Both the position numbers and the translations under genes were made by a program. A DNA stretch of 64,000 nt, counting the filler, from Gonapodya sp. JEL0774 (Eukaryota): assembly GCA_027604505.1 (NCBI GenBank). It is 19 parts of 19 records of this genome, joined end to end, with 100 filler letters (N's around TTAATTAATTAA, not from the genome) between each part and the next. Parts side by side here need not be neighbours in the genome. Positions count along the whole stretch, not along the records: positions 1 to 3,312 come from JADIIX010001354.1; positions 3,413 to 6,722 come from JADIIX010001355.1; positions 6,823 to 10,132 come from JADIIX010001356.1; positions 10,233 to 13,537 come from JADIIX010001357.1; 15 more parts are not named here. The stretch is one strand, 5' to 3'. Under the pieces are notes generated by a model. It did no database searches and was not told the origin of the DNA. It saw only the letters and a list, made by a program, of their open reading frames with translations. Position 1 is the first letter of the stretch; each line of letters opens with the position of its first letter. Of the stretch, positions 1-10,614 are shown piece after piece.

Positions 1-1580
1 TTGGTGCTGAAGCATTCGCTTTTTTTGGCTGCACAGTAACGGCCTTCCCCACTTTTCTGACTGAGTTTGAGTGGGTTTTCTGAAGCTTGTGGTTTTTCTT
101 GGTTCTCGCGGTCATGTGGAATGATCTCAGCAGAATGGCAACTTATCAACTGATTGTTATTGATTCAGTCCTCGAATGCTCGCCCACATCTGGGCCCTAC
201 GTGCTGCCCACATAACCACCGATGGTCCTTCCCAATATCGTCCGGTGCTTGGACTGGGCGCAGTCGTTGAAAAACTTGTCGCAGCGTTAAGCGATTTGGG
301 AGTCGAGACTTATTTGTCAGAGTCCGCCACCAGTATCGAGTCCTTGAGTTCCCGCGGATCTTTAGTCTCAAATGTTGACTCTCAGTCAAAAGGTTATGCT
401 GTTGTGACGAATCGAGGGCGACTCATCCATTGCAAGCATCTTATTATAACGGCGACACCTACCCAGCTCCATGTTCGTACGATCGGGGTTCTTGCATTGT
501 ACTGGCGGATTTTAATCTCCGCTTTGTGTAACAGAAAATTGCCGGGTCGATTCCACTTCGTATTTCAGAGCAACCGCTGTTCCGTGCAATTGGTTGCCAG
601 AAAGCGTTCAAAGCCATCATGTAAGAAATATCTCAAAGCATGTACAATCCTTACTAGGCCTTACGCGTGCGTTCTAGGCTATTCCCGGTTGCGTGGTGGG
701 AGCCGGAACTCGGACCTTTAGAAAGTGCAACAACGCAAACAACCATGCTCGGAGAAATTGTCGCTCATCAGGGCAAGGTAGGAGTGCTTTCATCTGAGTT
801 TAGTGGCAACCTTTTTGTGTTGCGTGGTTCTGATGAGCGTTACTGTGCGTGCTTGGACATTCATTCTACAGGGTCCAAACGGAGAAGCACTCCTTCACGT
901 CGCGTATATCGACTCGCCGGCAGTTGAAAGTCATTGGAAGTGTAAGTAGCGGATGCCATCAGTGTGCAAGATACGGTTCTCTCATGTTTTCTTGTCGTGT
1001 TACCAGACTTCTCCCAACTGAAACCGGAGCTCCTAACGGATCATTTTTTGCGCCAGCTTCAAGTAGTATTTCCCGATAAAACGATTCCGCGACCAATAAA
1101 GACCTGGTCACATTTATGGGACGAAGGAGGATGGTTTGTCCACCGGGGGATCCTCACGCTGTTGTAAAACATTTGGCTCACAGCACCTACGAACTTCCCA
1201 AGGCACTCTCACAAAGCTGGACTGGATAATTTGCCTGAGTAAATGCTGTCACACTCTTCTGTCGTTCCAAGCCGGTAACTAATCACACTCTGACTCCCAG
1301 GATCAACGACTACCCCCAGTGGGCAAAGAGTCCTCTTGGGTCGGAGGAAAATGTATACCTTGTTGGGGAGCCGTAAGTTCTCATACACCAACTGATTCTG
1401 TACCGTGAAACAGTTTGTCAACGGATCATTAATTTGCGAACTAGATATTCGAGCCACCGCGCATGGTGTGAAGGACCACTCGAGACTGCCGAAGGTGCCA
1501 TATCACAAATCCTTCGGAACTCCACACGATCCACTCACATCGGTAATGTACATTCAATGGAGGAGAAACTTATTTATTAG
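1..1580 (+). CDS. Flavin-containing amine oxidase family protein (5' truncated, multi-exon)
   Basis: Segments GLGAVVEKLVAAL...LIHCKHLIITATP, FPDKTIPRP...LWDEGGW, and the C-terminal FAD motif NVYLVGE/(intron)/YSSHRAWCEGPLETAE, ending at TAG 1578-1580. Internal exon joins not fully resolved. Confidence 0.7.
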
Positions 1581-1834
1581 AAGTGTATTGGGCACCCGGC
1601 GGCTTCACACTGTGAAGAACAACTTTGATTTGAGGACCAATACAAAGTGTCCCTTCCCAGTAGACGCTCTCAATTTCTGTTGCATTTTTAAGATCTTGGT
1701 TATTGGACGTCATAGGGACGTGGGAACTTCCAAACATGCAGTGGCGCAGATACCTGTGCCGCACCTCTTGACGAACGAGCAGCACCTTACAGTTCCAGCA
1801 ATTCAAACCGAGAATCGCTCGATCATACAGTGAA

Positions 1835-3281
1835 ATGTCTTCTGCCGATACAGATGTTGACGGAGATGCCTACATTCGGCTCAGGGAGGAGCGATTGCGT
1901 GTGAGTATCGAGCTATTTTCGCTCAAAGTTCACCACACACAGCTCAAGCTATAGAGAGGAATCAGGCACCAATCTAACTTCATTCATTGCTTTTTTTTTG
2001 AAGAAAAACCGTCAGCTTCTCGAATCGCTGAACATTCCGAGGTTGGTAACACCACCATCCCCCCCTCCAACCCCCAAAACACCCACAAACAAGCGTCCAA
2101 GACCGCGGCCCCCTTCGGAGGATGGGTCAGCGTATGAGAGCTCAACCAGCGAGGCTGAGGAGAGCCCGAGCCGTGCGAAAAAGGTCAAGCTCACTAAGAA
2201 ATCGAAAGTACCTTCGACACCGGTTTCTAATGGAACCAGACGGACCTCGAGGAGTACTGCCGGCGCAGTAAGTGTGAACGATGTGCGGCTATTTAGATGA
2301 TGGCTTGCCGTTTGATCTTAAAGCCCGTTGTCGTCCATTAGCCGCCTTCCCCTGTTTACAGTCCCGGTGAGGCCGCCGCAGAGCTGCCTCGTAGCGAACC
2401 TCTCGAGAACACGTATGGAGCGATTCCCGGTATCCCTATGTTCAAGACTTGGGAGTTCCGTGATGCTTGCGCAAAGGATGGAGTGCACAGGTGCATTGTC
2501 ACTTTCTGTTACATGGCCGTGTACCTCCCGGTTTTCTCAATGTTTGCCTTTGTGTGAATGATGCAATGTTCCTTCGTCAGAATGATTGTAGGGGGTATTC
2601 ATGGCTCTCCTGAGACGGGAGCGTACAGTGTGGCGATGTCTGGTGGTTACGAAGACGATGTGGACCTGGGAGAAGCCTTCACATACACTGGTGGGTTCCG
2701 TTGCTCGCACGGCTTTAGATATGGATTATTTGCGATGTGTAGAAGGATTCTCATCGATTCACATGTCAGGTCAAGGCGGTCGCGATTTGAAGGGCACCAA
2801 AGACAAACCCAAGAATCTTCGAACGGCGCCTCAGTCATGCGACCAGAAGCTAGAACGAGGAAACATGGCTTTGTATCAATCGTCCAAGACTAAGGTTCCT
2901 GTCCGAGTCATTCGGGGTTTCAAGCTCAAGAGCAAGTACGCACCGGAGTCGGGATACCGGTGAGCTGAATCATATGCCCACCACATCATGGTTGCACTTC
3001 GCACTTCACGAATATTCAACTCTATCACGCTTGTGTTTAAGGTACGATGGGCTCTATACAGTGGAGAAAGCATGGAGCGAGAAAGGAATGTCCGGTTATC
3101 TAGTGTGGAAGGCAAGTGTTCCCTTCTACAAAACCCTCTCCGGAATCATATTTGATCTTAGCTGCGTCTTCTACCCCCAATGTTTTCTGATGCCCTCCTG
3201 CGATAATCCAATCAGTTTGCCCTGAAACGAGTCAGTGGACAGCCTCCCATTCCTATCAATGAGGACTTCGTGGAGCCCTGA
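1835..3281 (+). CDS. SRA/YDG (methyl-cytosine-binding) domain protein, multi-exon
   Basis: Spliced product [34 protein letters not shown]...YGAIPG...[42 protein letters not shown]...[32 protein letters not shown]...FALKR. Stop TGA 3279-3281. Confidence 0.9.
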
Positions 3282-3312
3282 AGTTTCAAAGGAAATGGGC
3301 GTATAACTACAT

Positions 3313-3412
3313 NNNNNNNNNNNNNNNNNNNNNNNNNNNNNNNNNNNNNNNNNNNNTTAATTAATTAANNNNNNNNNNNNNNNNNNNNNNNNNNNNNNNN
3401 NNNNNNNNNNNN
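3313..3412. other. Artificial contig linker (N44-TTAATTAATTAA-N44); recurs at 6723, 10133, 13538, 16930, 20318, 23706, 27093, 30480, 33865, 37241, 40617, 43989, 47360, 50726, 54088, 57449 and 60809
   Basis: Identical 100-nt spacer with stops in all six frames; the intervening contig lengths never increase along the window. Confidence 0.98.
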
Positions 3413-3575
3413 TATAAGCCATGTTCATTACCCAAGCATGAGATGTTCTCCAATCAGTGCATAACGCATCTAGCCCAAAATATCGGTTTATTCCCAGAGG
3501 AGGCTCCAGCCGAGTTCCCTCTTACGTACACTCAGTTGGTCATTACCAGAGGGACTGAGACGAAGGCAGACTGCT

Positions 3576-4081
3576 TTACGGGTTTCCGATCATAGCGCGT
3601 TCCATCTCCCTAAACGCTCTAAGTGACGGATCCTCAGCCATACCCGCCTCCATTGCCGCGTCTGCGTCCCTACGTTTCCATTCCGTGATTTTGGCGAGGT
3701 TTGAAGTGAGAGAATCAGGGTCATTGTGGGAAGCGGAGGAATATCGAGATGACAGTTCGGCGAAAAGTTCCGTGCGAAGAGTGGAGTACCGATCGAGTGA
3801 TTCGGCGTGAGTATCCCAGACGCTGAAAAGTGGGATGTGGTTGTACGATCGTTCTTCCCGGGACTGGTGTTGAACAGTGCTCATACTTACCAATGTGCAC
3901 ATCCGTCACCACAGCAATCTAACGGCGGTGGCGGTGGCTTCATGCGGTTCGCCATGTATTCGAGAGTGGCAGTAGGGAGGGGTGACAGGGATAACTTTGA
4001 CAGTGTACCCGAAGGTGAAGAACCCGAAGACGTGACCGAGGGCTTCGCGGAGAGATAGCGAAAGAGAACGCGGGAGAACAC
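3576..4081 (-). CDS. Oxidoreductase-like N-terminal domain protein (OXLD1-like); start not resolved
   Basis: KPPPPPLDCCGDGCAH/(intron)/CVWDTHAESLDRY matches the PxxCCxSGCxxCVWD signature; C-terminal DPSLRAFREMER. Confidence 0.75.
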
Positions 4082-5037
4082 TGGAAGACGGTCAAGCGAA
4101 GGCGGCTGGATAAGAGGTCAACGAGGGAGCTTCAGCGATGATGTGATCCCGATCACGATCAACCGGATGGTTCAATTGGTAGGACTCATAGCACATACCT
4201 CAGACTGGGTTTGAATCGCGGGGACGTAGTGTAAAGCACACGCAATGCGAGAAGACACGCCAGAAATACTCATGACTTCTGTTTACGCTGAAGATGGGGT
4301 GAATGGTGGTGATGCAAGTCTGGACGGAGGGCTGCGAGCTGGTAACAGTTGGAATAATCCGAACATCCGTAATTGACTGTAGGCATGTATTTTAGAGTCT
4401 TCCCGCGAAACAACATTTTCAACATTCAACGGACGTAAATCCGTGTTTGTTGAAGTCATGAGGGAGAAATGGAGACGTTTTATTTCCGTGAACACCAAGG
4501 GCACGACTTTGTAGGGAACTTTTGATGCGCAGGCGCTCATTCTTTTGAGACATTTCCCGTTTGTGATCCATTTGTTGATTGTTCATCAGGAGGGACGCGA
4601 GAGTAGGCAAAGCCACGCAGATGCGAACGATTTACATACTCTCTCGATGAACGGCAAGCAGCCAACAAAACTTTGCAACTGGTCGGACAACCGTGGACAT
4701 CATTGGAGAATGAAGCTCTTAGGTACCTGTGTTCTGGGCCATGATTATTAGTTGGATCGACGAGATGCCTGACAGAACCCTGCACCAGTCCCTCATCAAA
4801 CTTCCAGACCTGACAAACTCAAACCCACACTGATTCGGATTCGCGGGAGCTGACAAGTGACAACGACTTTGAATAGCCACGTAGTGGACACTTCGCGCCC
4901 GACATCATCGCGGTGGATCACAGAGTTGGACTACGGGGCACCAGACTTGAGAACCCCCGTCTCATCTCAGAAGGTGTCTCAATCTTGGCACCTAGTCTCA
5001 CCTCAGCCACTCTATTCTCCCGACAGGATCCGTGGTG

Positions 5038-6722
5038 ATGGGCTGCGCTGCGTCCAAAGACTCGGCCGGGCACTCGAACACGGTGGCTCCTGACCTTCAC
5101 CCAACACACTCTCAACCAACGCCAATCGCCAAGGCGAAAGTACCAGCAGTCTTGGACGGATCGATAAAGAAGAAAGCGATCGCATTTGAGATTCCCATCG
5201 ACGAGGAGTTCAAGGTGAGTCCAGATCGGCAGTGTGGTCCAGAGGCCATTTGACGCGGATCGTTGAAGGTTTCGGGTAGAGGCAGAACCTCCGACCCACG
5301 GAGAGCTCAGACAGGATCCCGCCTACTGGATGACTCTTGACGATCGCGGTGGCCCTCGTCACGGAGGACGATCGCGATGGCTCTCGTCACCAGGACCCAT
5401 CACCTTGAACATGAACTGAGATCCATCGCAATGGATTCCGCTCATCTAACCCCAACCACTCTCACAAATTTTTCCTTCCAAGGCACCCATCCCTACCACT
5501 ATACCCAACCATCTCTCCACCCCATCGCCTCACCCACCTAAATCTTTACCTCCACTCAACCTCGACTCAACTGCCATCGCGAACAAAATAGCATCCGCCC
5601 AACACCTCCAAGACTCTGCTCCTTTACGTTCCTCCAAGGCACCCTCCAGAACTCCTCGCCCACCCACAGCACCCGTTCGACCGGCAACTTCGCGTCGTAG
5701 ACCAGCGCCCTTCCAGGGACTAGACTTGGACGCAGACGATGGGGATGGTAACGGTAGGGAAGGTGGACACGTGAGGGAACTGGATACGCAAGAAGTCGCG
5801 CGGAGGTTGAAGGAGAAAGAAGAGCAGGCCGAAAGGAGGAGGAGGGAGAGGGAGGAAGAAGTACAGGTGGGTTCATGCTCGAAATTGATACAAATATGAG
5901 AAGTTGCATAATTGGGGATAATTTGATGGTTGGGCACCACTCGTTGAGAAATACGATCCTACTTTTTGGGACCTTCGGGACGAACTCATTATTGACAGAA
6001 CCTCAATCGTTCTACATTTCTAGAAACGTCTCGCCTCTCACCTCGAGCACGCCCGTCTTGTGCAAGAACGAAAACAAGCACGAGCACTCGCTCAATCCGA
6101 GCAATCACAAAATCACACAGGCACCACGTCGGCCAGCACAGCCGACGCAATGAAGGGCCGAACGTCTGATATGACGATTACGCCGGATGAAGACAGTGCT
6201 GACGATGAGAACGAGGTCGATGTCGAGGCGGGTGACCAAGATGACGATGAGGGGGATGAGAGCTACGGGAACGCAAAGAAGCGCACCAGCCGAGTCACCG
6301 GGATCAACCTGGAGTACCGCAAATCATCCAAGTCGAACGGTTTGCAGTCTAAGACGGCACGATCCTCGGGTGGATCCGTGTCCTCCAAACCTAGTCTCCG
6401 CACCACGACTGGAAGTGCCACCAAACGGACGGTTCAACGACGTGATTCGTCGGCGACGTCGTCATCAGGCAGCACGAGGACAGGCAGTGAGGGCGATTTG
6501 GAAGGAGGAGATGCTGGGATAACCAAGGGCACCAGATATGCGGACGAGAGGGAGGAACGAGCGAGAGGAGGCATTGGGAGGCGGTAGTTGGTATTCTGTG
6601 GAATTGCATTCCGTGGATCTGAAACGAGGACGACGAACCGGTTAACGAAAACACACATGGTCCAATGAGATCAACCGAAGGAATTGATGAGCTGTCTGGG
6701 AAGACTGAGCGTGGTGCCTCGA
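5038..6722 (+). CDS. Hypothetical N-acylated low-complexity/coiled-coil protein, multi-exon
   Basis: Begins MGCAASK (myristoylation/palmitoylation-type motif), followed by KKAIAFEIPID, Pro-rich and charged exons, and GT-AG introns. Confidence 0.45.
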
Positions 6723-7029
6723 NNNNNNNNNNNNNNNNNNNNNNNNNNNNNNNNNNNNNNNNNNNNTTAATTAATTAANNNNNNNNNNNNNNNNNNNNNN
6801 NNNNNNNNNNNNNNNNNNNNNNGAGGGGAGGGAACCGAAGGCGGGTAGGTTGTCGAGCCAGGAGATTGCGAGGGAATGGGGCTGAGCATCACAACAGAGT
6901 AAAGGTGGAGCGCTTTTGATCCGGGAAGCACGGGGCGGCGTTCGCGATGCGGCGTTGGATAGACAAGTAGTCACACAAGAATTGTGGCATTGGTCAGGCG
7001 GTGCCCTTGCCATCCCAGTTGGGCAACTG

Positions 7030-8553
7030 TGCTCGCCTCCTTTAGGGTAGGCTGGTTCGACAGTTCTGTGACGAGTGCAAGCAGATAGTTTTTGATGTTG
7101 GGCTGAAGTATCCCCTACTGTGCATGTTCGGGCGTTCGAACGAGTGACGCGAGTTTTAATATCAGGTAGGTGATCTGGCAGATCAATAACGAAGTCTCAG
7201 TGTCTTCCTCAGAGGCTAAGCGCCTTGCTACATACCATAGCTATGGAAGATGTTTGCTGCGGAATGTAGGTGGAATGTCCAGACGTGCAAAGTAACGGAG
7301 TAGCGGTAACTGATATACAGCGAGCTCCAGCCTGAACTGTCCACGAGTTTACTTAGAGATATACGGATACTCTCATATTGCTTCTTGTACACGTAAAACA
7401 CATCCGCTCTCTCCCTTGAACTGCAACGTTTGGGATCCTGTCCCGAAATCTATCCCACTTCCTCAATTCAATGTACTCAGTCCAACATCGCGTCCGCAAC
7501 TACCTCTCCAGACCTGCTCATAACGGGTGTTTATTCGTGTTCCTGCTCCTGTTCATGTGACTCTTCAGGACGGTCGTGAAGGGTGGTGAAGCGGAGTTTC
7601 ATCTACGAAGCGGAGAAGGTGGGAGGATGGAAGACATGGTGAGTGAGGATGAGTCTCAACAACACAAGCGAAAGGCCAGGAAAGAAAAGCATGATGATAG
7701 TCTGTGTGGTGACGGGCCTTTCACTCGCAGTCTTCCAGCGAAGACAACCAGATTTGCACCACTCCTTCGAGTGTCCGCCCCTCCGCGAGTTCTGCTCAAC
7801 TTTTTCTCATGGGCTCAAACTCTGGTCAGCTTCAACACTTTATCTCATCCCGTTCGTCTTCTTCCACAATTCAAAAGTCCCTCACCTCTACCGTCCACCA
7901 ACTCACCTCCGCCGCCTCCAACTGCTCCTTCAACCTCGCATTCTCTTCCTCCAGCTGCGCTATCCGAGCTTGCGCTTCCGCCGAAGCGTCAGTGGGACCG
8001 GCGGCCGGTGCGGCCTTGGCGTTGGCGAGGAGAGGGGAAGTGGTGGGAACTACGAGAGATTAAAAATATGAATCGGCGTGGGATTGAGACAATTGGGAAG
8101 AGCAATGGCGATCGACAGATTGTTAGAATAGACAGTGGCTTCTCTGATTGCTATACGAGGGTGTTGTCTGAATTCGAAAAGTCATAGCTGCCACGAGCAT
8201 CAGGTTCTTCAGCGCATCACCACCGTAGAGGACCATTACGAGCAAATCATCGCCGAGAACTCTCACCCAGTGAGAATATATGAGATGCCTTGCCTCGCCG
8301 TTTTGAAAAGTCTTCACCCGCACATCAACCCCTTTTCTACCTGTCACTGAGAACACAGTCCAGCCACCCAGTTCTGCCGTGCGAATATTGTCGCTACGCC
8401 GGCGAACTCACAAGCTTGGATGAACTTTGCGAGCTGTTCGACCTGTTTGCTCAGTTTGTTTGCTCGCTCCAATACGTCTTTCAAAGTGGGACCACCGGCG
8501 AAAGGAGAGGAGGAAGGGTCCGGGGACATGTCGGTGGCAGCCATCGTGAACAA
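7030..8553 (-). CDS. Hypothetical coiled-coil protein, exon structure unresolved
   Basis: Minus-strand exon-like segments LKDVLERANKLSKQVEQLAKF and AEAQARIAQLEEENARLKEQLEAAE, the latter followed by a GTGAG donor. Confidence 0.3.
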
Positions 8554-9074
8554 AGAAGCGAGCTATATTGGGGGAAGAGTGCTTGGGCAAGAACAGCAAA
8601 GAGTGGATACGCAGTTCGGCTGGACCAAGAAGACAGCTGTCATGTGGCGCGGCTCCAACACTCAAGTTCCTAAGACAATTCCATTGAAGGAAACCACGTT
8701 CGCATGAACTTCTGTGGTTGTCATTATCGAGTAAGTGCAACGGGAGAACGCGATGAAAGTTGAACCTCCCCCTGAACTAACGATCTGCTCTCAAATCAGT
8801 CGATTACAGTAAAGGTTCACATATCTTGATCTCACACTCGTCAATGCCTTCCCTGCTCCTCCTCGCGTTGGAATTTCGCATTTTTATAGCGCAAATGCTT
8901 GGAACCTCCGACCCTGTCCGCTTCTGCGTTTCCTGTCGCAGGATACGGAGCCTTCTCTATTAACGTGGGACGTGGAAGCACCATCATCTGGATTTTGGGG
9001 GACTCGAATACTTCGACGATCATGATTTTAAGACAGTTCTCAAGAAATTTGCCAGATTTCCTCCTGGATGGGAT

Positions 9075-9728
9075 GTGGCGACTCTATGCCAGAACATTGA
9101 TCAAGTAACGCTCGATCGTACGAGCATTGGAAGGAGGACGGCGCACAGGATCATCAACGGACAATCCACCAACATCCGAGACATTTCTTTTGTGGACTGT
9201 GTCTTGTTAAGACCGTACGCACTCATGAAGGTGGTTTTGTGTGAGTGGGAGGCTGTTCGTTACGAATGGGACAGGATCTCGTACCACCAAGAGCTTCGCT
9301 CCTGGCCAGAATCGTTGGAGTCAGTTAATTTGACGGGTATCCTGCAGACTCGGTGGGACCTGAAACGTCTCCAGGACTGCTTTGGCGTTGTAAAGCTCCT
9401 ACCACGAGTTTGAGCCGTGTAGTTCTGTCAACGACCCTCTGGCTCGTCGGCAACCTCGCTCGGTCTGGACCTCTGCACAGCATGCGTTCACACGAGATGT
9501 GCAGTATGTGGGGCACACGAAGAGGCGGACGCAGTGCGTAATGCCACCCGGAAGAATGCTTATGAGCATTGCTCGGATTCTGGTTTGGTTGCAGTCTGCA
9601 GCACCTGCAGTTCACACCTTCGCAATCTGACAGCTTTGTAGATCGGTATGTCAGGACTGATATGCCCCGGCTGTGGCATACATTGCCAAGGAACAAACGA
9701 AAGTTGTACATGCATTGGAAGGACATAA
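9075..9728 (+). pseudogene. Possible degraded Cys-rich (CxxC) protein gene
   Basis: Reading through in-frame stops after 9410 gives CTAC, CAVC, CSTC, CPGC and CTC motifs in a single frame. Confidence 0.3.
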
Positions 9729-10378
9729 GGACTTTCTCATCTAGTGTGGAGACTTCCGAGATAAGTCGAAACGACCGAGATTCCCCGTGGAGTAGGGGAC
9801 CATATTGGCTTGACTGGTCTAGTGACTAGAAACGTGTAAGGTTATGACAACACTTTTGTAGGGGTCGCATTCGGGCGCTGGGCGAGCCCATATTCAGTAT
9901 AATTTTGGAATTAGGAGTGTAGGACTCCTGAGTTTGCACACTCTCGCGTTCGTGCGGGGAACGCAGGTCGAAGAGAGCGGTGCTGGTGGAGGAGAACACC
10001 AACTTTAGTGTTCAGTAAAATTTTGAGTGGCATAAGTCCCTCAAGACTTCTTTCCCACAAATCGTGTGATGATAGAGTTCTTGAACCGCAAGTTTTCGTG
10101 CTCTCGATGTATTGCCGGCCACCGCTCGTCCTNNNNNNNNNNNNNNNNNNNNNNNNNNNNNNNNNNNNNNNNNNNNTTAATTAATTAANNNNNNNNNNNN
10201 NNNNNNNNNNNNNNNNNNNNNNNNNNNNNNNNGGGAGTGTGAAGTCTTGGGTGATACACCATTGGTGACATGATTATTTGTATGTTTTGGATTTGGACTC
10301 TAGAGGTGATTTGGGCAAGAGTTGGGATGAGTCATCACTGTGGCCTGTGTCACACAGTCAGACACAGTACATATAAAC

Positions 10379-10567
10379 TTCAGACTTCAGTGTGCTGGGT
10401 TAGAGTGTCAGTGTGCATAGGTCAGACTTCAGTGTGCCAGGTCAGAGTTCAGGATGCGTGGGTCAGACTTCAGGGGGTTGGGTCGGAGTTCAATGTATTT
10501 GTGTCAGACTTCAATGGGTTGGGGTCAAACTTTGACAAAACCCTTTTGGTCAAACTTCAGTGTTTTG
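10379..10567 (+). repeat. Degenerate tandem array, about 9 copies of a 20-21 bp unit, core GGTCAGACTTCA
   Basis: Copies include ggtcagacttcagtgtgcca, ggtcagagttcaggatgcgtg, ggtcagacttcagggggttg, ggtcggagttcaatgtattt, tgtcagacttcaatgggttg and ggtcaaacttcagtgttttg. Confidence 0.8.
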
Positions 10568-10614
10568 CTATTCATTATGATCGTATGTTTCAGGTAACTA
10601 ACAACAGCAACTAA

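Noticed and set aside
1209..1833. Independent ORFs between the oxidase and SRA genes
   Set aside because: Mostly overlap the spliced 3' exons of the amine oxidase in other frames or on the other strand.
9320..9400. GILQTRW as a PIF/Harbinger transposase motif
   Set aside because: No DDE motifs nearby; the match is too short.
10379..10567. CRISPR-like array
   Set aside because: The core is about 12 bp and the variable part only 7-10 nt; copies are degenerate, there are no cas genes, and the context is eukaryotic.
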